A stretch of 41,236 bases of DNA. Origin: Pseudomonadota bacterium. Its GTDB lineage: Bacteria > Pseudomonadota > Alphaproteobacteria > Acetobacterales > Acetobacteraceae. The notes below the pieces were generated by a model. That model worked only from the letters and a program-made list of their open reading frames with translations. It had not been told where the DNA came from and searched no databases. Each line of letters opens with the position of its first letter. Within the stretch, counting starts at the first letter, position 1. The stretch covers positions 1-41,236 of the forward strand of contig JAKBCO010000001.1 in assembly GCA_021807785.1 (NCBI GenBank), written 5' to 3'. The position numbers and the translations under genes are program-made. This document shows, in pieces, positions 8,824 through 16,636 of this stretch.

Positions 8824-9723
8824 ATGCAAGCCCCCCTGCCCCCCGCGTTCGACCCCGCGCTCTACGCCGCCCCGCCGCACGGCACCGACCTCGCCGGCCA
8901 GGACGAGGCGGCGCTGCGCGGCCACTACCGTGCCTATGGCGAGGCCGAGGGGCGCCCCTGCTCGGCGGTGACCTCGCGCGCCCGCTTCGTCGCGCTGATC
9001 CCGCCCGATACGCCGATGCTGGAGATCGGGCCGTTCTGCGCGCCCTGCGCCGCGCCGCACCGCACCGTGCCGGCCCGCTACCTCGACATCATGCCGACCG
9101 AGGCGCTGCGCGCCACCGCCGCCACCCTGGCCTGGGCCAACGCCGCCGAGGTGCCGGAGATCGATTACGTCTGGCGCGGCGAACCCTATGGCGCGCTGAT
9201 CCGCGAGCGGTTCGAGACCATCTACTCGGCGCATTGCATCGAGCATCAGCCGTGCCTGGTCACGCATCTGACCGACCTCGCCGCGGTGCTGACGCCGGGC
9301 GGGCGGGTCTTCCTGGTGGTCCCCGATCATCGCTATGCGTTCGATCATTTCGTTCCGGCCTCCACCCTGGCCGACGTGCTGGCCGCCTACCACGCCGCCG
9401 CCGCCACCTATCCGCCGCGGGCGGTGCTGGCGCAGCATCTCTGGCAGACCCATAACGACCCGGCGCGGCACTGGCAGGGCGATCATGGGCCGTTGCCGGC
9501 GGCCGACCCGGCGCTGCCCGACCGCATCGCCCCGGCGCTGGCGGCGCTGCACCAGCCGGGCCTTACCCATGATCTGCACGCCTGGCAGTTCACGCCCGCC
9601 AGCTTCCGCGACCTGATCGAGACCTTGGCGGCCGCCAGCCTGTCGCCGCTCAGGGTGGAGCGCCTCTACCCCACGCTGCGCGACCGCGGCGAGTTCTACG
9701 CCGTGCTGCATGTCGCCGCCTGA
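8824..9723 (+). CDS. Class I SAM-dependent methyltransferase-like protein with an N-terminal 'FDxxxY...EGRP' motif shared with the downstream glycosyltransferase
   Basis: Trimmed from track ORF 8605..9723 to ATG 8824 (MQAPLPPAFDPALY...). The core LEIGPFCAP...YLDIMP...FETIYSAHCIEHQPCLVTHLTDLAAVLTPGGRVFLVVPD resembles the Methyltransf_11/23 fold, although the glycine-rich motif I is degenerate. The last 14 nt overlap the next gene. Confidence 0.65.
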   Translation: MQAPLPPAFDPALYAAPPHGTDLAGQDEAALRGHYRAYGEAEGRPCSAVTSRARFVALIPPDTPMLEIGPFCAPCAAPHRTVPARYLDIMPTEALRATAATLAWANAAEVPEIDYVWRGEPYGALIRERFETIYSAHCIEHQPCLVTHLTDLAAVLTPGGRVFLVVPDHRYAFDHFVPASTLADVLAAYHAAAATYPPRAVLAQHLWQTHNDPARHWQGDHGPLPAADPALPDRIAPALAALHQPGLTHDLHAWQFTPASFRDLIETLAAASLSPLRVERLYPTLRDRGEFYAVLHVAA

Positions 9724-12700
9724 CCCGGCCGGGGCGCTGGAAGCCAGTTTTCGCCTGCTCTGCGACCCGGAGTGGTACCGGCGCCGCTACCCGGACGTGG
9801 CCGGCACCGGGCTCGATCCGGTGCTGCACTATCTGCATCACGGCCTGACCGAGGGGCGCGACCCCAACCCGTTCTTCGAGGGCGCCTGGTACCGGGCGCA
9901 TTACCCGGACGCGGCGGAAAACGGTGTCCACCCGCTGCTGTTCTATCTGCGCACCGGTGCCGCGCGCGGCGATAACCCGCATCCGCGCTTCGATGCCACC
10001 TGGTACGCGGCGCGCCACCCGGAGGCCGCCGACAACCCGCTGCTGTTTCATTTGCGGATCGGCCGCCGGCGTGGCTTCGCCACCGAGCCGGTCTTCGACC
10101 CGGCGGCCTTCCTGCCCTCCACCGCGCGCCCGCCGGCGCCGCCGCCCGGGGTGGTCGTGGACGTGATCGTCCCGGTCTATCGCGGGCTGGCGGAGACGAA
10201 GCGCTGCATCGAAAGCGTCCTGGCCGACCCCGACCGGCCGACCGGGCGGGTGATCGTGATCGACGATGCCTCGCCCGATCGCGCGCTCGCCGGCTGGCTG
10301 CGCGGGCTCGGCGCCGAGGGGCGGGTTCTGCTGCTGCGCCAGACGCGCAACCAGGGCTTCGTCGCCGCCGTCAACCGCGGCATGGCCGCCGCCGCGCCGC
10401 ATGACGTGGTGCTGCTGAACGCCGATACCGAGGTGGCTCCGGGCTGGCTCGCCCGCCTGGCCGGCCACGCCCATGCCGGGCCGCGCATCGCCTCGGTCTC
10501 GCCGTTCTCCAACAACGCCACCATCTGCGGCTATCCCACCCTCGCCGGCGGGGCGCCGGCGTTCGGGATGGCGACCGCGGCGCTGGATGCCGCCACCCGG
10601 GCGGTGAATGCCGGGCGCGCGGTGGCGGTGCCCACCACCGTCGGGTTCTGCATGTATATCCGCCGCGCCGCCCTGGATGCGGTAGGCGGATTCGATGCGG
10701 AAACCTTCGGCCGCGGCTACGGCGAGGAGAACGATTTCTGCCTGCGCGCCGCCGCCGCCGGCTGGGAGCATCGTCTCGCCTGCGATACCTATGTGCATCA
10801 CGAGGGCGCGGTCAGCTTCGGGGCCGATCCGGCGCCGATCCGCCGCGCGCAGGAAATCCTGGCCCGGCGCTGGCCCCGCTATGCGACGCAGGTGGCCCAT
10901 CACGTCGCGCGCGACCCGGCCGACCCGGCCCGCTACGCGCTGACCGCCGCGCTGCTGCGCGCCGCCGGCGGGCCGGTGACCGCGCTGTTCTGCCACGACC
11001 TCGGCGGTGGCGTCGCCCGCGCCGTCGCCGAGCAGGTGGCGGGTGGGGGCGGCGCCTTCGTCCTGATCCGCCCGCACGCGCGCGGCACCGCCCTGTCCTT
11101 CCCGGCCATTCCCGACCATCCGCCGGCGGTGGTGCCCGCCGAGGGGCTGGATGCGCTGGCCGCGCTGCTGCGCGCCGCCGGCGTCACCCGCGCCCATGTC
11201 CACCACGTCATGGGGTTCGATTTCGATCCGGCGGCGCTGCTGCGGATTCTCAACGTCCCGTTCGAGACCACGCTGCATGATTATTACGGGATCTGTCCGC
11301 AGGTGAATCTGCTGCCGCTGCCGCATGGCGCGTATTGCGGCGAACCCGGCCCGTCCGCCTGCAACGCCTGCATCGCCAACCGGCCGAGCCACGGCGCGCG
11401 CGACATCACCGCCTGGCGGCAGCGCCATGCCTGGATGTTTCTGGATGCCAGGCGGGTGTTCTGCCCCTCGCGCGACGCCGCGACGCGGCTGGCGCGCCAT
11501 GGCCTCGGCGCCCGTGCCGTCCTGGCGCCGCACGAGACCGCGCCGGCGCCGCCGCCGCGTCCGCCGCGCCGCCGGGGCACGCCGCTGCATGTGGCGGTGC
11601 TGGGGGTGCTGGCGCCGCAGAAGGGCGCCGCTCTGTTCGCCGAGGCGGTGGCGGCGGCCGATCCCGCCGTGCTGCGCTTCACCCTGATCGGCGCGCCCGA
11701 GAAGCCGCTGCCGGCATCCGTCGCCGCCCGGGTCACCGTCACCGGCGCCTACCGGGAGGGCGAGCTGCCGGGGCTGCTCGCCCGGCATCGCCCGGACCTG
11801 GCGTGGTTTCCGGCGCAATGGCCGGAGACCTGGAGCTACACGCTGAGCGCCGCGCTGGCGGCGCGGCTGCCGGTGGTGGCGCCGGCGATCGGCGCCTTTC
11901 CCGAACGTCTGGCCGAGCGGGCTTACACGCGGCTGCTGCCGCCCGCCGCCCCGGCCGCCGATTGGCTGGCGGCGTTCGCGTCCCTCGGCCCCGATCTCGT
12001 GCCGCCCGCCGTTCCGCCTCCCCCGGTGCCGGCGCCGGTGACCGAGGCGGTGACCGTCATCGCCGAATGTTACGATGACGGAGAGCCGACCCCCTGCGCG
12101 CATATCCGCCTGCTGCTGCCGCTGGAACGTGCCCTCGGCGCGGCGGTGCGGCTGGCCGGCGCCGTCGGCCCCTGGCCCGCCACCGCGGGCGGGGCGGTGC
12201 TCACGCAACGCCACGCGCTGACAGACCTGGCGGGCGCCGAGGCGCTGATCGCCCATTGCCGGGCCCATCGGCAACGGCTGATCTACGACCTGGACGACGA
12301 CCTGTTGGCGATCCCACCCGCGCATCCGGACGCGGCGCGGCTGGCCCCGCTGGCCCCGGCGGTGCGCGCGCTGCTGGCGGCGGCGGATGTGGTCACCGTC
12401 TCCACCCCGGCGCTCGCCCGTCGCATCGGGCGGCTGCGCCCCGGGGTGGTGGTGGTGGTGAATGCGCTGGACGAACGGCTGTGGCAGCCCCTTGCCCGCC
12501 CGCCGCCCGCCGGGCCGGTGCGGCTGCTCTGCATGGGCACCGCGACGCATGGGGAGGATTTCGCGTTGATCCGCCCGGCGTTGGACCAGCTGCACGCGAG
12601 TTTCGGCGCCGATGTCGCGATCGATGTCATCGGCGTCACCGCGGGCAGCCTGCCCGGCTGGGCCAACCGGGTCGCGCCGCCGCCGGCCGCCGCGTCCTAT

Positions 12701-13084
12701 CCCGGCTTCGTCGATTGGATCACCCGGCAGCCGGGCTGGGATATCGGGCTCGCGCCCTTGGCGCCGGGGCGGTTCAATGATGCGAAATCGGCGATCAAGG
12801 CGCTGGATTACGCGGCGTTGGGGCTGGTGACCGTGGCCTCCGACGCGCCGGCCTATCGCGGCTCGCCGGCCGACGGGGTGGGCGGGATGCTGGTGGCGAA
12901 TGCGCCGGAGGCCTGGTTCGCCGCCCTGTCCGGGCTGATCCGCGACCCCGCGCGGCGCGCCGCCCTGGCCGCAGCCGGCGCCGCGCGGCTGGCCGCGGCC
13001 CATGTGCTGGGGGCGGTGAATCCCTGGACCCGGGTGCTGGCCGGCCCCTATAGTCGGCGCCGGCGCGGCAAGGAGCGGACATGA
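9710..13084 (+). CDS. Large (1124-aa) multi-module glycosyltransferase: N-terminal repeat region + GT2 (GT-A) module + two GT-B (GT1/GT4-like) modules
   Basis: GT2 module, aa ~148-375: VDVIVPVYRGLAETKRCIESV, VIVIDDASPD, NQGFVAAVNRG, LLNADTEV. Module 2, aa ~420-745: HVAVLGVLAPQKGA...AWFPAQWPETWSYTLSAALAARLPVVAPAIGAFPER. Module 3, aa ~785-1105: LIYDLDDDLL, VTVSTPALA, LLCMGTATHGEDF, WDIGLAPL...FNDAKSAIKALDYAALG. Confidence 0.85.
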   Translation: MSPPDPAGALEASFRLLCDPEWYRRRYPDVAGTGLDPVLHYLHHGLTEGRDPNPFFEGAWYRAHYPDAAENGVHPLLFYLRTGAARGDNPHPRFDATWYAARHPEAADNPLLFHLRIGRRRGFATEPVFDPAAFLPSTARPPAPPPGVVVDVIVPVYRGLAETKRCIESVLADPDRPTGRVIVIDDASPDRALAGWLRGLGAEGRVLLLRQTRNQGFVAAVNRGMAAAAPHDVVLLNADTEVAPGWLARLAGHAHAGPRIASVSPFSNNATICGYPTLAGGAPAFGMATAALDAATRAVNAGRAVAVPTTVGFCMYIRRAALDAVGGFDAETFGRGYGEENDFCLRAAAAGWEHRLACDTYVHHEGAVSFGADPAPIRRAQEILARRWPRYATQVAHHVARDPADPARYALTAALLRAAGGPVTALFCHDLGGGVARAVAEQVAGGGGAFVLIRPHARGTALSFPAIPDHPPAVVPAEGLDALAALLRAAGVTRAHVHHVMGFDFDPAALLRILNVPFETTLHDYYGICPQVNLLPLPHGAYCGEPGPSACNACIANRPSHGARDITAWRQRHAWMFLDARRVFCPSRDAATRLARHGLGARAVLAPHETAPAPPPRPPRRRGTPLHVAVLGVLAPQKGAALFAEAVAAADPAVLRFTLIGAPEKPLPASVAARVTVTGAYREGELPGLLARHRPDLAWFPAQWPETWSYTLSAALAARLPVVAPAIGAFPERLAERAYTRLLPPAAPAADWLAAFASLGPDLVPPAVPPPPVPAPVTEAVTVIAECYDDGEPTPCAHIRLLLPLERALGAAVRLAGAVGPWPATAGGAVLTQRHALTDLAGAEALIAHCRAHRQRLIYDLDDDLLAIPPAHPDAARLAPLAPAVRALLAAADVVTVSTPALARRIGRLRPGVVVVVNALDERLWQPLARPPPAGPVRLLCMGTATHGEDFALIRPALDQLHASFGADVAIDVIGVTAGSLPGWANRVAPPPAAASYPGFVDWITRQPGWDIGLAPLAPGRFNDAKSAIKALDYAALGLVTVASDAPAYRGSPADGVGGMLVANAPEAWFAALSGLIRDPARRAALAAAGAARLAAAHVLGAVNPWTRVLAGPYSRRRRGKERT
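9749..10090 (+). repeat. Three to four tandem copies of a ~38-aa protein repeat at the glycosyltransferase N-terminus
   Basis: The copies are FRLLCDPEWYRRRYPDVAGTGLDPVLHYLHHGLTEGRDPNPF, FEGAWYRAHYPDAAENGVHPLLFYLRTGAARGDNPHPR and FDATWYAARHPEAADNPLLFHLRIGRRRGFATEPV, then a partial FDPAAF. The consensus is F-D-x-x-W-Y-x-x-x-Y/H-P-D/E ... P-L-x-H/F-Y/H-L ... G-x-x-x-G-x-x-P. Confidence 0.75.
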
Positions 13085-14472
13085 GCGAAACGACCCCGGA
13101 CCCGGGCAAGGAAACGGTCGAGCAGGCGCTGGGGCGCGCCCAGGCCGCCACCCAGGCGAAACGATACGGGGAGGCGGACGGCATCTGCCGCGACGTGCTC
13201 GCCACCTCGCCCGAGCATCCGAGCGCGCTCGCGCTGCAAGGCGTCATCGCCGCCCATTCGGGCGACCCGGAACGCGCCGTGACCTTGCTGGAACGCGCGC
13301 TGGCGCGCCATCCCGGGGTGGCGTCGTGGCACGCCAATCTCTGTTCGCTCTACCGCATCCTCAACCGGGTGACCGAGGCCGCCGCCGCCGGGCGGGAGGC
13401 GGTGCGGCTGGCGCCGGACAATGCCGACAACCTCGTCAACCTGTCGCTCGCCTTCACCGATCTGGACGAGCGCGACAACGCCATCGCCTGCCTGTTGCGC
13501 GCGATCGGGCTCAACCCCAGCCACCCCGACGCGCGGTTGGCACTGGCGCAGAACCTGCTGGCGCGCGGCGAATACGACCCCGGCTGGATCGAATATGAGT
13601 GGCGGAACGAAACCGCCGCCGGGAAGAACCAGCTGCCGCGCATCACCTCGGCGCCGTGGAACGGGATGGCGATCCCGACCGGGCGGCTGCTGCTGATCGG
13701 CGATCAGGGCTACGGGGATACGTTGCAGTTCTGCCGCTTCATCCCGCAGGTCGCGGAACGCTGCCGGGAGGTGGTGCTGGGCTGCTCGGCGGAGATGGCG
13801 CCGCTGCTCGCGCGCCTCCCCGGGGTGACGCAGGTCTATCACAAATGGAACGAGATTCCCGGCCACGCCGCGCATACGCGGCTGTCCTCGCTGCCGTGGC
13901 TGCTGCGGGTGAGCGAGGCCACCATCCCGAACACGGTGCCCTACCTGACATCCGATCCGGCGCGGGAGGGGAAATGGCGGGCCCGGCTCGACGAACTCGC
14001 CCCGCGCCCCACCCTGCGCGTCGGCATGGCCTGGAGCGGGCGGCCGACCCATCCCAACGACCGCCGCCGCTCCATCCGGCTCGCCCAGCTCGCCCCGCTC
14101 GCCGCCACCCAAGGGGTCACCTTCATTTCGTTGCAGAAGCCGTTCCCGGAGCTCGATCGCCCGGCCGCCGCCGCCTTCAACGGGCTCGCCGACATCTCGG
14201 AGGAGCTGGCGGATTTCGAGGAGACCGCGGCGCTGGTGGCGCAGCTCGATCTCGTCATCACCGTCGATACCTCGATGGGCCATCTCTCCGGCGCGCTCGG
14301 CCGGCCGGTCTGGATCATGCTGGCCAAGGCGCCCGACTGGCGTTGGCTGCTCGATCGCTCCGACAGCCCCTGGTACCCTTCCGTGCGGCTGTTCCGCCAG
14401 GACGTGCCGGGCAACTGGACCGGGTTGATCGCCGAGGTCGCCGCGGCGCTCGATCAGCGCCTGCGGCGGTGA
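13081..14472 (+). CDS. TPR-repeat protein fused to a GT-B, family-9-like (heptosyltransferase-like) glycosyltransferase domain
   Basis: 463-aa ORF. The N-terminal ~170 aa are TPR-like ([50 protein letters not shown]...). The C-terminal part has [20 protein letters not shown] and [25 protein letters not shown]...DWRW...[20 protein letters not shown] lies 5 nt before the ATG, which overlaps the upstream TGA (ATGA). Confidence 0.82.
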   Translation: MSETTPDPGKETVEQALGRAQAATQAKRYGEADGICRDVLATSPEHPSALALQGVIAAHSGDPERAVTLLERALARHPGVASWHANLCSLYRILNRVTEAAAAGREAVRLAPDNADNLVNLSLAFTDLDERDNAIACLLRAIGLNPSHPDARLALAQNLLARGEYDPGWIEYEWRNETAAGKNQLPRITSAPWNGMAIPTGRLLLIGDQGYGDTLQFCRFIPQVAERCREVVLGCSAEMAPLLARLPGVTQVYHKWNEIPGHAAHTRLSSLPWLLRVSEATIPNTVPYLTSDPAREGKWRARLDELAPRPTLRVGMAWSGRPTHPNDRRRSIRLAQLAPLAATQGVTFISLQKPFPELDRPAAAAFNGLADISEELADFEETAALVAQLDLVITVDTSMGHLSGALGRPVWIMLAKAPDWRWLLDRSDSPWYPSVRLFRQDVPGNWTGLIAEVAAALDQRLRR

Positions 14473-16634
14473 GCGCGCCGGCCGCCCACGTCGCGCCGAC
14501 GATCGCGCCGGACGACCCGGGGCGGTTCATCAACCGCGAGCTCTCGTGGCTGGATTTCAACCACCGGGTGGTGGAGGAGGCGGAAAATCCGCGCCACCCG
14601 CTGCTGGAACGCCTGCGCTTCGTGTCGATCTCGGCGGCCAATCTGGACGAATTCGTCTCGGTGCGGGTGGCCGGGCTGATCGGCCAGGCCAAGGCCGGGG
14701 TCACCGCGCCGAGCCCGGACGGGCGCACCCCGGCGCGGCAGCTGGCCGACATCCGCCGCTGCGCCGAGACCCTGCTGGCCGACCAGCAGCGGGTCTGGCG
14801 CGAGCTGCGGGGGCAGCTGGCCGATGCCGGGATGGTCGTGGCCGAAACCGCCACCCTCGACGCCGCCGACCTGATCTGGGCCGAATCCTGGTTCATGGAG
14901 CGGGTGTTCCCGGTGTTGACGCCGCTCGCCATCGACCCCGCGCATCCGTTCCCGTTCATTCCCAATTTCGGGCTGGTGATGGCGCTGCGCCTGAGCCGGA
15001 TCGAGGACGGGCACGTGATGCGGGTCCTGATCCCGCTGCCGGCGCAGGTGGACCGGTTCGTCCGCCTGCCGGGCGCCGGGCGCGCCATCCGCTTCGTCAT
15101 CCTGGAAGATCTGGTCGGTCGTTTCCTGCGCCGACTGTTCCCCGATTTCGAGGTGGCCGGTCGCGGGATGTTCCGCCTCATCCGCGACACCGACATCGAG
15201 TTCGAGGAGGAGGCCGAGGACCTCGTCCGCTCCTACGAGACCGCGCTGAAGCGCCGGCGCCGGGGGGTGGCGATCCACCTCACCCTCTCGGCCGACATGC
15301 CGCCTGACCTCGCCGAGCTGGTGGCCGGCGAGCTCGGCGCCACCCGCGATGAGATTTTCATCGAGGCCGGCATCCTCGGGGTGGTCGATCTGCGCCAGAT
15401 GATCGTCGATGACCGCCCGGACCTGCTGTTCGCGCCCTACACGCCGCGCTTTCCCGAACGCATCCGCGATTTCGGCGGCGACTGCTTCGCCGCCATCCGC
15501 GCCAAGGACATCATCGTCCATCACCCGTTCGAGAGCTTCGACGTGGTGGTGCAGTTCCTCCGCCAGGCGGCCGGCGACGCCAGCGTGATCGCGGTCAAGC
15601 AGACGCTCTATCGCACTTCGCGCGACAGCCCGATCGTGAAGGCGCTGATCGAGGCGGCCGAGGCCGGCAAGTTCGTCACCGCGGTCATCGAGCTGCGCGC
15701 CCGCTTCGACGAGGAGACCAACATCCGCCTCGCGCGCACCCTGGAAGCGGCCGGGGTGCAGGTGGTCTATGGCTTCGCGGCGCTGAAGACGCATGCGAAA
15801 CTCTCGCTGGTGGTGCGGCGGGAGGGCGCGCAGATGCGCTCCTACGCCCATTTCGGGACCGGGAATTACCATCCGATCACGGCGCGCATCTATACCGATC
15901 TCTCGTTCTTCACCTGCGAGCCGGCGCTGACCCGCGACGCGGCGCGGCTGTTCAACTACCTCACCGGCTATGCGCGGCCGGAGGGGATGGAGGCGATCGC
16001 CTTCTCGCCGCTCACCCTGCGCCCGGCGCTGCTGGAGCTGATCGACCGCGAGATCGCCTTCGCCCATGCCGGGCGGCCGGCCGGCATCTGGCTCAAGCTC
16101 AACTCGCTGGTGGATACGGCGCTGATCGATGCGCTCTACCGGGCCTCGGCGGCCGGGGTGTCGGTGATGGCGGTGGTGCGGGGCATCTGCTGCCTGCGCC
16201 CCGGGGTGCCCGGGCTCTCGGAGAACATCCGGGTGAAATCCATCGTCGGACGGTTCCTGGAACACGCGCGCATTTGCGTCTTCGGGTCCGGGCACAAGCT
16301 GCCGTCGCGGCTGGCGCGGGTCTATATCAGCTCGGCCGACTGGATGGAGCGGAACATGGACTGGCGGGTGGAGACCCTGGTGCCGATCACCAACCCGACC
16401 GTGCATGCCCAGGTGCTGGACCAGATCATGGGGGTCAATCTGCGCGACAGCCTGCAATCGTGGGAGTTGCGCGCCGATGGCACCTGGCGACGGGTGGCGC
16501 CCGGGCGCAAGCCGGTCTCGGCGCATGATTATTTCATGACCAACCCGTCGCTCTCGGGCCGCGGCTCGGCATTGCATGGCCCGGTGCTCACGGCCGCGCC
16601 GGTGCGGCGCGCGGACCGCACCATCGAGGATTGA
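14469..16634 (+). CDS. ppk: Polyphosphate kinase 1
   Basis: [52 protein letters not shown] is the canonical PPK1 N-terminus. It is followed by ...[23 protein letters not shown] and ...GRFLEHARI (PLD-like C domains). I trimmed track ORF 13599..16634 to GTG 14469, the most downstream in-frame start before the conserved N-terminus. That GTG overlaps the upstream TGA (GTGA). Length is 721 aa. Confidence 0.93.
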   Translation: MSAPAAHVAPTIAPDDPGRFINRELSWLDFNHRVVEEAENPRHPLLERLRFVSISAANLDEFVSVRVAGLIGQAKAGVTAPSPDGRTPARQLADIRRCAETLLADQQRVWRELRGQLADAGMVVAETATLDAADLIWAESWFMERVFPVLTPLAIDPAHPFPFIPNFGLVMALRLSRIEDGHVMRVLIPLPAQVDRFVRLPGAGRAIRFVILEDLVGRFLRRLFPDFEVAGRGMFRLIRDTDIEFEEEAEDLVRSYETALKRRRRGVAIHLTLSADMPPDLAELVAGELGATRDEIFIEAGILGVVDLRQMIVDDRPDLLFAPYTPRFPERIRDFGGDCFAAIRAKDIIVHHPFESFDVVVQFLRQAAGDASVIAVKQTLYRTSRDSPIVKALIEAAEAGKFVTAVIELRARFDEETNIRLARTLEAAGVQVVYGFAALKTHAKLSLVVRREGAQMRSYAHFGTGNYHPITARIYTDLSFFTCEPALTRDAARLFNYLTGYARPEGMEAIAFSPLTLRPALLELIDREIAFAHAGRPAGIWLKLNSLVDTALIDALYRASAAGVSVMAVVRGICCLRPGVPGLSENIRVKSIVGRFLEHARICVFGSGHKLPSRLARVYISSADWMERNMDWRVETLVPITNPTVHAQVLDQIMGVNLRDSLQSWELRADGTWRRVAPGRKPVSAHDYFMTNPSLSGRGSALHGPVLTAAPVRRADRTIED

Positions 16635-16636
16635 GC

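Noticed and set aside
9650-13003. A 1117-aa minus-strand ORF, the longest in the track, antisense to the large glycosyltransferase.
   Set aside because: The translation is monotonous Arg/Gly/Pro/Ala/His low-complexity sequence with no recognisable motif. The plus-strand frame carries clear GT2/GT-B motifs and clean start/stop coupling to its neighbours. Stop-free antisense frames like this are expected at ~70% G+C.
8824-14472. The idea that 'methyltransferase + very large protein + TPR protein' is a BREX/DISARM-like or other phage-defence cassette.
   Set aside because: The large protein shows glycosyltransferase motifs (DDASPD, NADTEV, GT-B blocks). I see no helicase, ATPase Walker A/B, nuclease or DNA-methylase (DPPY / PCQ-type) motifs. 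The methyltransferase resembles small-molecule or glycan O-methyltransferases, and the TPR protein carries a GT9-like domain.
13599-16634. A 1011-aa ORF suggesting a PPK with a ~290-aa N-terminal extension.
   Set aside because: The extension is an alternative frame of the TPR/GT9 gene and is Arg/Gly/Ala/Pro-rich. The conserved PPK1 N-terminus ([10 protein letters not shown]...) begins just after GTG 14469, which gives a normal 721-aa PPK1.
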